Source: Candidatus Hydrogenedens sp. (GTDB lineage Bacteria > Hydrogenedentota > Hydrogenedentia > Hydrogenedentales > Hydrogenedentaceae). Taken from it: a stretch of 61,107 bases of DNA. The position numbers and the translations under genes are program-made. Positions 18,898 to 28,269 of this stretch are shown in pieces (positions within the stretch are counted from its first letter, which is position 1; each line of letters starts with the position of its first letter). The notes below the pieces were generated by a model. That model saw only the letters and a list, made by a program, of their open reading frames with translations. It searched no databases and was not told where the DNA came from. The stretch is taken from assembly GCA_049968235.1 (NCBI GenBank), contig JBMFRC010000018.1:1-61107 (forward strand). The letters run 5' to 3'.

Positions 18898-20520
18898 ATG
18901 CGTCGTGGTCCTGTAAAAGAATTAGGTTGGGGTAGTCGTTTTGGTTTGATTATGGCGATGGCGGGAAATGCAGTGGGTCTGGGTAATTTTCTTCGTTTTC
19001 CGGGACAAGCAGCACCCTATGGCGGTGCTTTTATGGTTCCTTACTTTTTGGCACTTGTGCTGATAGGTATCCCGTTAGCATGGATAGAATGGAGTATTGG
19101 CAGGAGGGGAGGTGCATACAAGCATGGAACGACACCGGGAATGTTCTATCGGCTCTGGAAACATCCTATATCAAAATATCTTGGTATCTTCGGAATACTT
19201 CTCCCTGCAATGGTCGGTATTTATTATATTTATATTGAGTCATGGGCGTTGGGCTATGCATGGCAAATGGCGGCAGGAATGCTTCGCGGGAAACACACAT
19301 ACGAAGAGATGAAAATGTCTTTTGGTTCGTATGTCGGAACTGCCAATGCGGGTTTAATTAGTTTCAGTAGTGTTTCATATACTTTTTTTCTAATTGCATT
19401 TCTAATAAATATTTTCGTTTTGGGACGAGGTATTGCAAAAGGTATAGAGATTGTAGCAAAGTATTGCATGCCTGTTTTGATAATATTGGGAATGATACTG
19501 GCAGTTCGCGTTTTAACTTTGCCACCCCGTGGAGAAAGTCAAACAGTGAGCCATGGCTTAGCCCAGATATGGCGATTAAGCCCACAGGATTTTCAAACTT
19601 TGATGCGTCCTCATGTATGGATTGCAGCAACAGGGCAGATATTCTTTACACTCAGTGTCGGTCTGGGAATGGTCCACACTTATGCTAGTTATCTCAAGAA
19701 AAAACATGACTTAACATTAAATGGGCTTACTGCCTGTGTGATCAATGAATTTGTTGAGGTTGTGTTAGGGGGGTCGATAGTTATCCCTGCGGCAGTGGTT
19801 TTTTTTGGTGTTGAAAGAGCCCGGGAAATTGTATCGACCGATGGAACTTTTGCAATTGGTTTCTATGCCCTACCACTTATATTTGAACAAATTCCTTATG
19901 GTGAAATTTTTGGTGTAATGTGGTTTTTCTTGCTTTTCCTTGCAGGTCTTACATCCAGTATGGCAATGTTTACCCCTTTACTTGTATTCCTGGAAGACGA
20001 ATTGCAAATAGACCGCAGGGTAGGGGTACTTCTTGTAGCATTTTTTGCGTTTATAATGATGCAACCTGTCATTTTATTCAATCATCATAAGGTTCTTGAT
20101 GAACTGGATTATTGGATGGGCACTTTTGGTCTGGTATTGTTTGTTGCGATAGAAACGGTTGTATTTTCATGGATATTCGGTATTGATAAAGGCTGGGAGG
20201 AGTTGCACATGGGAGCTGAATTAAAAATCCCAGGAATTTATTACTATATTATGAAGTACATTACCCCTGTTTTTTCAGTGGGTCTTGTAGTATGGTTTTG
20301 TTATGATGGGTTATTAGAAAAGATTACAATGCAAAATGTCCCTGCTGAAGACGTTCCGTATATATGGCTGGCTCGTATTATGATACTCATGACGACTTCT
20401 TTCCTTATGTGGGGCGTGTGGTATGCGTGGCAAACACATCCAAAATTTTTTGAAGATGATGAAGGAAGTAATTCCCAAAATTCTAATGATATGAAAAATA
20501 TTGAGGGTTCAATATCATGA
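18898..20520 (+). CDS. Sodium-dependent transporter, neurotransmitter:sodium symporter (NSS/SNF) family
   Basis: WGSRFGLIMAMAGNAVGLGNFLRFP signature. Start moved to the ATG at 18898 (MRRGPV…), which has a GAGGG Shine-Dalgarno; the upstream in-frame extension has no homology value. Confidence 0.85.
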   Translation: MRRGPVKELGWGSRFGLIMAMAGNAVGLGNFLRFPGQAAPYGGAFMVPYFLALVLIGIPLAWIEWSIGRRGGAYKHGTTPGMFYRLWKHPISKYLGIFGILLPAMVGIYYIYIESWALGYAWQMAAGMLRGKHTYEEMKMSFGSYVGTANAGLISFSSVSYTFFLIAFLINIFVLGRGIAKGIEIVAKYCMPVLIILGMILAVRVLTLPPRGESQTVSHGLAQIWRLSPQDFQTLMRPHVWIAATGQIFFTLSVGLGMVHTYASYLKKKHDLTLNGLTACVINEFVEVVLGGSIVIPAAVVFFGVERAREIVSTDGTFAIGFYALPLIFEQIPYGEIFGVMWFFLLFLAGLTSSMAMFTPLLVFLEDELQIDRRVGVLLVAFFAFIMMQPVILFNHHKVLDELDYWMGTFGLVLFVAIETVVFSWIFGIDKGWEELHMGAELKIPGIYYYIMKYITPVFSVGLVVWFCYDGLLEKITMQNVPAEDVPYIWLARIMILMTTSFLMWGVWYAWQTHPKFFEDDEGSNSQNSNDMKNIEGSIS

Positions 20521-20651
20521 TGACCTGGTACTCCTATTTATATATGTTTACAGTATGGGCGATTATTGTGGGATTAAATATTTATTGTTTTTATAGAGTT
20601 CTAACTAGTAAAAATATTATTACTCACGATGATGAGGAAGAGAATCGGTAA
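20517..20651 (+). CDS. 44-aa single-TM micro-protein overlapping the NSS stop (ATGA); candidate NSS small subunit (MetS-like)
   Basis: Translation MMTWYSYLYMFTVWAIIVGLNIYCFYRVLTSKNIITHDDEEENR: one hydrophobic helix plus an acidic tail. GAGGG 11-15 nt upstream. It is below the 60-aa cutoff of the ORF track. Confidence 0.4.
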   Translation: MMTWYSYLYMFTVWAIIVGLNIYCFYRVLTSKNIITHDDEEENR

Positions 20652-20702
20652 GTTATTGAACAATTATTTGAGAGGGACGGTTTATTAATATTTGAGATGG
20701 TG

Positions 20703-22442
20703 TTATTCCCAACGCGGGGTGATACTCTCACCGTAAGAAATAGGCGCTTCTACTTCGGGCAGTTTCACTTCAATTTCCAGGTTATCCAATAATGAACCTT
20801 CTGCTAAATAGAGGTCAATCAGAGCCTTTTCATACGAAATTTGTGCTTGCAGTTCCATCGTTTTTGCCATTGTATAATCTGTTTGCACCTGCAATACACG
20901 CCAACTTGTGCTTATCCCTAAACGAAGTCGTTTTTCTTCTGCAATAACATTGGCTTCTTGTAGTTTTCTTGCCTGACGATTACTTTCCACAAGAATGCGA
21001 TTGGTTTCTACATTCCGAATAGCGAGGTGCACGCCCATCATAATGGATTGTTCTATTTTCTTTTTGCGTTCTTCCATTTCTCGTTTGGTAAGTCGGGCTC
21101 TCTGAAAGGCTCCTCTACCCGCACGATTTCCAATAGGGATAGTGGCTTTTATACCATACGTATAATAAGTTTCATCATCATCACGAATGCCATAAAACAT
21201 TTTTGTAAGAGAACGGTCTCTCCCTCCCTGACCATAACTGCCGATTATATCCAATTGAGGGAGCATCTCATTTTTTGCCTGTAACATCTGAATGTCTGCA
21301 ATATCTATTTGTAAATCTGCCATTGCAATTTCCGGTCTATTTTTTAGTGCTTTTTCGACAGACTGGTCAAGATCAGGAGCAAGTTTTGAAAGGTCAAAGT
21401 TCTCATTTTCAAAACTATGGGGTCGGTCAGTAGGGATAATGAGAACTTTGGAGAACATATTTTCTTCTCTTAACATAAGTAAGTTTTTCAACATATCTGA
21501 AGCACTTTCTAACTGTGCTTGTGCGGCAACCAATTCACTTTGTCGTGTTGCAACCCCTGCTTTTGCCTGTAATACTTCTATGTCGGCAGCAGTTCCTATT
21601 TCTCTGCGTTTTTCACTAATAGATAAAAGTCGTTCTGCATTTGCTAGTGCTTCTTCTCGCACCTTCACATTTTCCATTGCCCCGACCAAATCCCAATAGG
21701 CTTTTATAATCTCATTTACGGTGTTCATAACAGTCATTTTTAATTGGTTTTCTCCAATTTTTTCGGATTTCTTTGCCATTTCCAATCGTGCAGTGTTTAC
21801 TTTGATGCCAAATCCTCGTAATAGGGGCTGGGTCAATGTAAATAAGAGTTGACCACTATAATCTTTTGTGAAATTGGAGAAGGAAGTCTCTTCAATACTT
21901 GTGTTAAAACTAACTGCATATTGAGTTCCTAACTTGAGCTTTCCCCCTAAACTTGATTCAAAGGTAGTTTGTTTTGTATCAAAACTGCTTACACCTGCGT
22001 ATGCCCGAATTTGTTGGCTTGCAAGGATAGATGCGTAGTTATGTTGGAGTGATGTTTGTAAAAATGGGTCAAACATTCCTTTCGCTGTTAATTGGTCTGC
22101 CTGTGCTTTTTTTGGTTCTAACCCACTGACGATAATATCCGGGTTTTGTTTCAATGCCATTTCTATACACTCCTGTAAAGACATACGTAATGCCGAATTA
22201 GGACCCCGTCGTTCTTCTGTTACCTTACGGAGTGCATCTAAGTCAATTAAATCTACGGATATTTCTTTTTTTAAATTTAGCTCCGTATTTCCTGATGATG
22301 TATCTTCAATAGCGTTCGGTTCGTTAATCGAATCTATTGTTTGTGTTTTAGCCGTATCCTGGGAGAAAACCGGATAGGTTAGCAGTAGGAAAACAATAAT
22401 GGGCATAAAAAACAAATAAATTTTTCTTTTTATCATAAACAT
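20703..22442 (-). CDS. TolC-family outer-membrane efflux protein (outer-membrane factor)
   Basis: Signal peptide plus tandem coiled-coil/barrel repeats with LSISEKRREIGTAADIEVLQAKAGVATRQSELVAAQAQLE, typical of this family. Confidence 0.8.
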   Translation of the reverse strand: MFMIKRKIYLFFMPIIVFLLLTYPVFSQDTAKTQTIDSINEPNAIEDTSSGNTELNLKKEISVDLIDLDALRKVTEERRGPNSALRMSLQECIEMALKQNPDIIVSGLEPKKAQADQLTAKGMFDPFLQTSLQHNYASILASQQIRAYAGVSSFDTKQTTFESSLGGKLKLGTQYAVSFNTSIEETSFSNFTKDYSGQLLFTLTQPLLRGFGIKVNTARLEMAKKSEKIGENQLKMTVMNTVNEIIKAYWDLVGAMENVKVREEALANAERLLSISEKRREIGTAADIEVLQAKAGVATRQSELVAAQAQLESASDMLKNLLMLREENMFSKVLIIPTDRPHSFENENFDLSKLAPDLDQSVEKALKNRPEIAMADLQIDIADIQMLQAKNEMLPQLDIIGSYGQGGRDRSLTKMFYGIRDDDETYYTYGIKATIPIGNRAGRGAFQRARLTKREMEERKKKIEQSIMMGVHLAIRNVETNRILVESNRQARKLQEANVIAEEKRLRLGISTSWRVLQVQTDYTMAKTMELQAQISYEKALIDLYLAEGSLLDNLEIEVKLPEVEAPISYGESITPRWE

Positions 22443-22663
22443 TTCCTCTTGTTTTTTATAAAGATTATAAATTGTTTGCTTTACAAAAATAAAAGATATG
22501 CTAAAATATAATTAAAATTTCTATCAGTGTAATAAAGAAAGGTATCACATTCAAAACGATAGACTCTTATTTTATTATGATAAAATAAAATCAAGTTATG
22601 TAATTATTACAAAATATTCTGGCAAATAGGATATAGAGAATCTGTTCGGTTTACATATATGTT

Positions 22664-23719
22664 ATGAAAATTGATAATCCAAAAATGAAAGTTTTAATTT
22701 TGTGGGGGGTAGTCCTTGTTAGTTTTGTGCTTTTTTGGATTTGCCACACTTATATTACTAATTATCAGAATTTCATTGAGCCTCAGAATTATTTATTACG
22801 AGCAGAATACTATTTACAGAATGGAAACAAAGATAAGGCTTTACATGAACTTGAATTTGGAATGAATACTTTTAGACCTGTGAGTTCTGAAGCACTGCTT
22901 TGTCTTATGAAAATAAAAAAAGGTATTTTGGATAAAAATGAATATAACGAATTAGAGAAGAAACATCAAATAATCGTAACTCTTGAGAATTGCACTTCTT
23001 CTGAAAATTTGCAATTAGATACTAAACTATTGAATACATCCGGAATTTCTTTACCTACATTGTCAAAACCCACTCAATCCATGGTTCTGTCTATGTGGAA
23101 ATTATTAACACGAAGTACTCTGAAATGTATGCAAAATGGAAATCTATCATGGAAACAAATATTGAACTTTTTATACTACTCTGGAGGTATTTTCTACCTT
23201 AACTCTAACATTGGTGATACAGGGTTTGTGATTGATGATGATGTTTTTGTAATCAGTGAAGGAAGCGAAGAGGGTAGTGGAGCACAAATATGGTTTCAAG
23301 GAAGAAATTTTGGGGGACATCGGAGAGGTTTTTATGTGTTGATATTAACTCCGCCTCCATGTAAAGTATATCGCTCTGACCGATTTGATGTTTGGGATAA
23401 CTATAACGAATCCATCAGGATGACCCGTTTTCTGGAAGAAGTTCCTGAAGGATATATAGGTATTTTTGCTGTGGCAGATGAGGCATCGGAAAATATGACA
23501 GAGGAATTGGAACGGATGCTTTTTTCTTTTGGTTTTGCCCCAAAAACCTATGTCCGAAGAGAAATGAAATTTTTTGGATATGGCTATGCCTTTTCGGGTA
23601 TCGGAGTAAAAGGAGCAGTTTCAGGAACGGCAATTCAAAACTGGGCTGAATATGACCCTTCAAAGAAAAAAATTCCATGGACTGTTTGTGGTGTGATGAG
23701 AGGGGAAAAGAAGCAATGA
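22664..23719 (+). CDS. Signal-anchored protein with TPR-like region and C-terminal ILEI/FAM3 (PANDER-like) domain
   Basis: N-terminal TM VLILWGVVLVSFVLFWI. The C-terminal ~110 aa (RRGFYVLIL…FDVWDN…PEGYIGIFAVADEASENMTEELERMLFSFGF…FFGYGYAFSG) follows the ILEI-domain pattern as I remember it from FAM3C. Confidence 0.45.
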   Translation: MKIDNPKMKVLILWGVVLVSFVLFWICHTYITNYQNFIEPQNYLLRAEYYLQNGNKDKALHELEFGMNTFRPVSSEALLCLMKIKKGILDKNEYNELEKKHQIIVTLENCTSSENLQLDTKLLNTSGISLPTLSKPTQSMVLSMWKLLTRSTLKCMQNGNLSWKQILNFLYYSGGIFYLNSNIGDTGFVIDDDVFVISEGSEEGSGAQIWFQGRNFGGHRRGFYVLILTPPPCKVYRSDRFDVWDNYNESIRMTRFLEEVPEGYIGIFAVADEASENMTEELERMLFSFGFAPKTYVRREMKFFGYGYAFSGIGVKGAVSGTAIQNWAEYDPSKKKIPWTVCGVMRGEKKQ

Positions 23720-24786
23720 ATTATCAGGAATGGTCATACATAACAGTCTGTATAATTGCGTTTGTTACAACTTTATTACTTGTTCCTGTTTTTCGCTGGG
23801 TTGCTATAAAATTAGGTGTCGTGGATATGCCTGACCAGAAGAGAAAAGTTCATAAAAAGCCGATACCTTATTTGGGAGGTATGGCTTTTTACATATCTTT
23901 TTTAGTGGCATGTTGTTTTATCGAGTGGAGGTATCCTCAATATTTTGATGAGAAACTTACTATCATTGCGGTTGTGGGTACTGTGATTGTATTAATGGGT
24001 TTGTTAGATGATTTAGTATCCATACCTGCAAGCAGAAAATTGGTTTTTGAAATACTTTTAGGTGTTATACTTTATTATTGGGGTTTTAAAACGACGACCA
24101 TAGCCCATCCTTTAGGTGGTGTGTGGAATGTAGGTTTGCTTGCATTATTAATAACACCCTTATGGATAGTGGGTGTTATGAATGCTATAAATTTCTCAGA
24201 CGGTCTGGATGGGCTTGCCAGTGGTCAGGTAGCTATTTGTTCTGCAACTATATTTGCCATATCTTACTATAATGGACAGATATTCAGTTGCCTGGTAATG
24301 AGTATTTTATTGGGTTGTACCCTTGCCTTTTTAGTCTATAATTCTCATCCGGCATCTGTATTTATGGGTGACACGGGAGCCTTGTTTTTAGGTTTTGTTT
24401 TAGGATGTGCGACATTGGTAGAAAGAAAAAAAGGTGTTACCATAGTTGCTTTAACTGTGCCGATGGTAGTGCTTGCAGTTCCGTTTTTAGATACCTTTTT
24501 AAGTTTTTTGCGAAGGATGCAGAGAGCTAGCAGGGGTGAGTTTTTTATGCCCGACCGTGACCATCTTCATCATCGGTTACTCAAATTGGGGTTATCCCAA
24601 CGACAGGTCGTTTTTTCTTTATATTATTTTTCTGTATGCATGGGTTTCCTTGCGTTTATAACCTCCCTTATTCCAACTCAATATACATTTCTGGTTCTTT
24701 TCCTTGTTTGTATGTTAATTGGAATGGGTGTCCTTCTTCTTCATTTTATAGAAAGTATTATAGAAAAGAAAGAAGAACAGAAATAG
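23716..24786 (+). CDS. Polyprenyl-phosphate N-acetylhexosamine-1-phosphate transferase (MraY/WecA family, glycosyltransferase family 4)
   Basis: 10-11 TM segments; MNAINFSDGLDGLASG motif. Start set at MNYQEW, overlapping the upstream stop by ATGA. Confidence 0.85.
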   Translation: MNYQEWSYITVCIIAFVTTLLLVPVFRWVAIKLGVVDMPDQKRKVHKKPIPYLGGMAFYISFLVACCFIEWRYPQYFDEKLTIIAVVGTVIVLMGLLDDLVSIPASRKLVFEILLGVILYYWGFKTTTIAHPLGGVWNVGLLALLITPLWIVGVMNAINFSDGLDGLASGQVAICSATIFAISYYNGQIFSCLVMSILLGCTLAFLVYNSHPASVFMGDTGALFLGFVLGCATLVERKKGVTIVALTVPMVVLAVPFLDTFLSFLRRMQRASRGEFFMPDRDHLHHRLLKLGLSQRQVVFSLYYFSVCMGFLAFITSLIPTQYTFLVLFLVCMLIGMGVLLLHFIESIIEKKEEQK

Positions 24787-24808
24787 ACAATAGGATTTCC
24801 AATGACTA

Positions 24809-24830
24809 TTTCAAAATTCAGAATTTTGAA
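24809..24830. terminator. Perfect 10-bp inverted repeat TTCAAAATTC-A-GAATTTTGAA between convergent genes; candidate bidirectional terminator
   Basis: The palindrome sits in the 80-bp gap between the WecA-like gene's stop and the DapA-family gene's stop. The stem is AT-rich, so the hairpin is only moderately stable. Confidence 0.35.
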
Positions 24831-24866
24831 CTGTGATTTCAACCCTATGATGGTATTATTAGAAAA

Positions 24867-25763
24867 TTAGATTAGGTTAAGACTTTTCATTGTTTTTTCT
24901 AATAATTGGATTTCCGATTTGGAAAGTTCGCGATGTGGAGGCCGAACAAATCCAGCATCAATCCCCCTTAGTTTTAATGCATGTTTGAATATAGCTATGT
25001 TTTTACCATATTGCAGAACCTGGCATAGTTTTGTTAATTGAGATTGATAAATCCATGCTTCCGGTAACTTGCGTTTTATCACATTTTCATAAACACCCAG
25101 ATAGATTTCCGGGGCGACATTGGAAGTACCAGAAACAGCCGCCTGAACCCCTGCTAAGAAAGCCTGATAACCATATTCATCTACTCCATTTATTACGGTG
25201 AAAGATGTCGGTTTTTGAATGAGTAATTCGGAGAGGTTAACCATATTTCCTGTGCTGTCTTTTATACCCACAATATTTCTATGTTTTTGGGCTAACTTAA
25301 TGATGAGTGAGTTAGGTAGGAAGTTTCTTGCACAGGATGGGATGTTATAAAGCAGTATGGGTATCTTAGGGAATTCAGAGGCAATAGTGGAGAAATATTT
25401 ATACAAAGCATCTTCATCATAATAATAATATCCCGGTGCAACGATACCCACAGCATAAGCGTTCTTTTCAACTGCATGAGCAGTAAGTTCTATGGTTGAA
25501 TGTAAATCAAAAGTTCCCGTGTGAGGAATTACCATTATCTTTTTGTGAACATATTTTAGGACACTTTCCAAAAGTTCCTTTCTTTCCTCAACAGACATTA
25601 CAAGTCCTTCACCGGTAGTGCCTCCAACAAATAGTCCGTGAACACCCTTTTCTTGAAGGAAGTGGATAAGTTTTTGTAATCTGGAATGGTCGATTTCTTT
25701 ACCTCCTTTGGTAAAAGGGGTTAGGTTTGCACAAATAATACCACGTATGTTTTTTTGTTCCAT
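24867..25763 (-). CDS. DapA/NAL-family class I aldolase (4-hydroxy-tetrahydrodipicolinate synthase / N-acetylneuraminate-lyase family)
   Basis: GLFVGGTTGEG and Schiff-base lysine context VGIKDSTG. Confidence 0.75.
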   Translation of the reverse strand: MEQKNIRGIICANLTPFTKGGKEIDHSRLQKLIHFLQEKGVHGLFVGGTTGEGLVMSVEERKELLESVLKYVHKKIMVIPHTGTFDLHSTIELTAHAVEKNAYAVGIVAPGYYYYDEDALYKYFSTIASEFPKIPILLYNIPSCARNFLPNSLIIKLAQKHRNIVGIKDSTGNMVNLSELLIQKPTSFTVINGVDEYGYQAFLAGVQAAVSGTSNVAPEIYLGVYENVIKRKLPEAWIYQSQLTKLCQVLQYGKNIAIFKHALKLRGIDAGFVRPPHRELSKSEIQLLEKTMKSLNLI

Positions 25764-25800
25764 TGTTGCTTCCTTTATAAATTCCGTTTATATAGTTTAT

Positions 25801-27180
25801 TCAGGGATACCTGTTCGGTCCCCATGATTTCGTATCTAACTGCTGTTTTTGAATAACAAGAGAATATGGGTCAATATCATTATTTACAAGAACGCCGGGT
25901 CCGATACATGAATATGCACCTATACGCACTCCTGGCATAAACATAACATTTACCCCTGTTCGGCAATAATCGCCAAGATATGTCAAATTTCCATGATAGG
26001 GGGGAATTTCCTGTCGTTGTTTACAGCGGATTTCTTTTATTTTATCATCAAACCTCCATGTAGCACTAATGGTTCCTGCTCCAATATCAACATGCGAACC
26101 TATTATACCTGAAATACAGCAGGTATGAACCATAAATACAGTGTCTAATGTGATACCGTAAAATTCTGCATTATGAAGTATTTGATTATACTCACCTATG
26201 ACTGAATTTTTATGAATTTTTGCAAATTCAGAAATATTTGTATTCGTGTTTACAAAAATATTTTCTTCAAGGAGTGCTCCACTGCTAATGTGACTATTTG
26301 TTCCAAGAATAAGATTTCCTTTTATGATAGTTCCTTTCTCAATTCTCCCGCCTTCATATATCCATAACTTTGCATTAGAGGAGATATCTGCTTCATTACT
26401 TACAAATGCGGATTTCTCTATAATGGAGCATTCCACATTTTCAAACACATCTGATAATGCTTTTTGGTTTGCTTCTAAGAAATCCCATGGATGATCAATA
26501 TCGACTATAAAATTATCAGCACATATACAAGACACTTCGCACTTCTTCTCCAGCATTACATCAATAGCAGAGACAAGGTTCCCTTCAGGAACAGGCATTG
26601 CCCCCAGAGGGGCAGAACGGACAATTCCGGGCTCACAGTCGAAGATTTCTTTTAATGATTTTGTTCTACCTATAAGAACCCCACAAAACCAGAATTCGGA
26701 GTTCTGTCTATCGAATAACAAATTATTTAGTTTATTGTCCATTCCTTTTTCTATAAATGTTGTATGCAGAGGGCATGGTTTTTGATTAGAGACTAAAATT
26801 GAAAATTCATTATTTTGTGCCCGATGTGTCTTTATGAAATGTGATAGGTTTCCTTGGTTAGTAACAATATCCCCATGAAGTATGATAGTTTCAGATGAAG
26901 AAGATGTCCCTAAAATAGAACGTATTACATCCGCAGGTGTGACATCATCTTTACTTCTCAGGAAAGATAATCCGCTAATGTCGTGTAAAGCATGCCGAAC
27001 ACTTTGTTCGAGATATCCTGTTGTTACAGTAATATCTTCAATTCCCGTTTCTTTTAATTGTAGAACAAGCCTTCGGATTATGGGTGTATTTAATATAGGT
27101 AGCGTTACTTTATTTCTAACCGTCGAGAAAGGGAAAATCCCCTCTCCACAGCCAGCAGTAAGGATAATTGCAGAAATCAT
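25801..27180 (-). CDS. Bifunctional-type sugar-phosphate nucleotidyltransferase with C-terminal left-handed beta-helix (hexapeptide acyltransferase) domain, GlmU-like architecture
   Basis: N-terminal MISAIILTAGCGEGIFPFSTVRNKVTLPI (NTP_transferase G-loop); C-terminal hexapeptide repeats (IGAYSCIGPGVLVNN etc.). Confidence 0.7.
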   Translation of the reverse strand: MISAIILTAGCGEGIFPFSTVRNKVTLPILNTPIIRRLVLQLKETGIEDITVTTGYLEQSVRHALHDISGLSFLRSKDDVTPADVIRSILGTSSSSETIILHGDIVTNQGNLSHFIKTHRAQNNEFSILVSNQKPCPLHTTFIEKGMDNKLNNLLFDRQNSEFWFCGVLIGRTKSLKEIFDCEPGIVRSAPLGAMPVPEGNLVSAIDVMLEKKCEVSCICADNFIVDIDHPWDFLEANQKALSDVFENVECSIIEKSAFVSNEADISSNAKLWIYEGGRIEKGTIIKGNLILGTNSHISSGALLEENIFVNTNTNISEFAKIHKNSVIGEYNQILHNAEFYGITLDTVFMVHTCCISGIIGSHVDIGAGTISATWRFDDKIKEIRCKQRQEIPPYHGNLTYLGDYCRTGVNVMFMPGVRIGAYSCIGPGVLVNNDIDPYSLVIQKQQLDTKSWGPNRYP

Positions 27181-27256
27181 TGCGAATCTTTCTTTTGTAT
27201 AGGAAATGTAATGCCTTTTAAATTAAAACAAAATTCTTTGTAGTTTCAATTTGTAT

Positions 27257-28207
27257 TTATTGCTTGGCATATTTAAAGAAATTCCAGATGATTTGCGACG
27301 CGTTGGGTTCCGGTGCTGTAGGTCCGATGATAAATTGAGGATAGAAGTTTTTTGTACCGGGCCAGGTGTGTCCACCCCCGATGATTTTATATAGAAAAAC
27401 TGGTGGGTCACAGTTGTAATTAATTACTTCTGTGGAAAAGGTGTCATTTGGGTTAGTATCAGGAAGTTGAGTAATAATGGTTTCTCCCGAGTATCCATAT
27501 TGCTTTGCCCACCATTCTGCATTGTCCTCTGCAGATAAAAACACAGGTCTTCTACCCGGTCCGGCATTTGTTTCACCTCCATTAAAAGGAACTACGGGGT
27601 CTGCTGTTCCGTGGATGATTAAAACGGGGATATTTCTTTGCGGTTTTCTTTCTTCTGCATAATTTCGTGTCATACTGCCCATTACAGGAGCAATGCCCGC
27701 CAGAGTCCTGGAATAACATGCAAACGCCTGTATCATCATTCCACCTGCAGAGGCACCTGTTGCAAAAATTTTATTCTGTTGAATGGGATATTTTGACAGT
27801 AAATTATCAATAAGCACTTCAAGAAATCGTGTATCTCTATTGGGTAATGGGTCTGTTTTCCATATTCGCCATTTCCCTTGAGGGTAAACCACAATAAAAT
27901 TTTCTTTATCGGCGAGTTGGTTAAATCGTGTTAGTTTTTCCATACCTCGTGCTGTATCGCTGAATTGATGTAAAGCGATGAGTAAAGGAACAGGGGTTGT
28001 AGGGTCCAAATTCGGAGGGGTATGCAAACGGTAATATCGTGTTTCACCATCAACCGTTATTTTTGAATAACCTGCATAACAGGAAGTAAACAAAAAAATA
28101 ATCAGTATAGGTAGAAGGATGAATGTTATTCCTGAAATAACAAATAACCTTTTTTTCTTTTCTATCACAGTTTTCTGTCCTTTTTGAAACATATCGTTCC
28201 CAATCAA
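27257..28207 (-). CDS. Membrane-anchored alpha/beta-hydrolase esterase (PHB-depolymerase/LpqC-like family)
   Basis: N-terminal TM, then LLIALHQFSDTARGMEKL…NFIVVYPQG and nucleophile elbow GASAGG. Confidence 0.65.
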   Translation of the reverse strand: MIGNDMFQKGQKTVIEKKKRLFVISGITFILLPILIIFLFTSCYAGYSKITVDGETRYYRLHTPPNLDPTTPVPLLIALHQFSDTARGMEKLTRFNQLADKENFIVVYPQGKWRIWKTDPLPNRDTRFLEVLIDNLLSKYPIQQNKIFATGASAGGMMIQAFACYSRTLAGIAPVMGSMTRNYAEERKPQRNIPVLIIHGTADPVVPFNGGETNAGPGRRPVFLSAEDNAEWWAKQYGYSGETIITQLPDTNPNDTFSTEVINYNCDPPVFLYKIIGGGHTWPGTKNFYPQFIIGPTAPEPNASQIIWNFFKYAKQ

Positions 28208-28269
28208 TGTTATAAAAAAAGTATAATATATACAGTAACGAAACAGATAGTTTTATAGAAAGATAACAA

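Noticed and set aside
24636-24836. 66-aa plus-strand ORF overlapping the 3' end of the WecA-like gene
   Set aside because: It is out of frame with a strongly supported gene and runs through the inverted-repeat terminator
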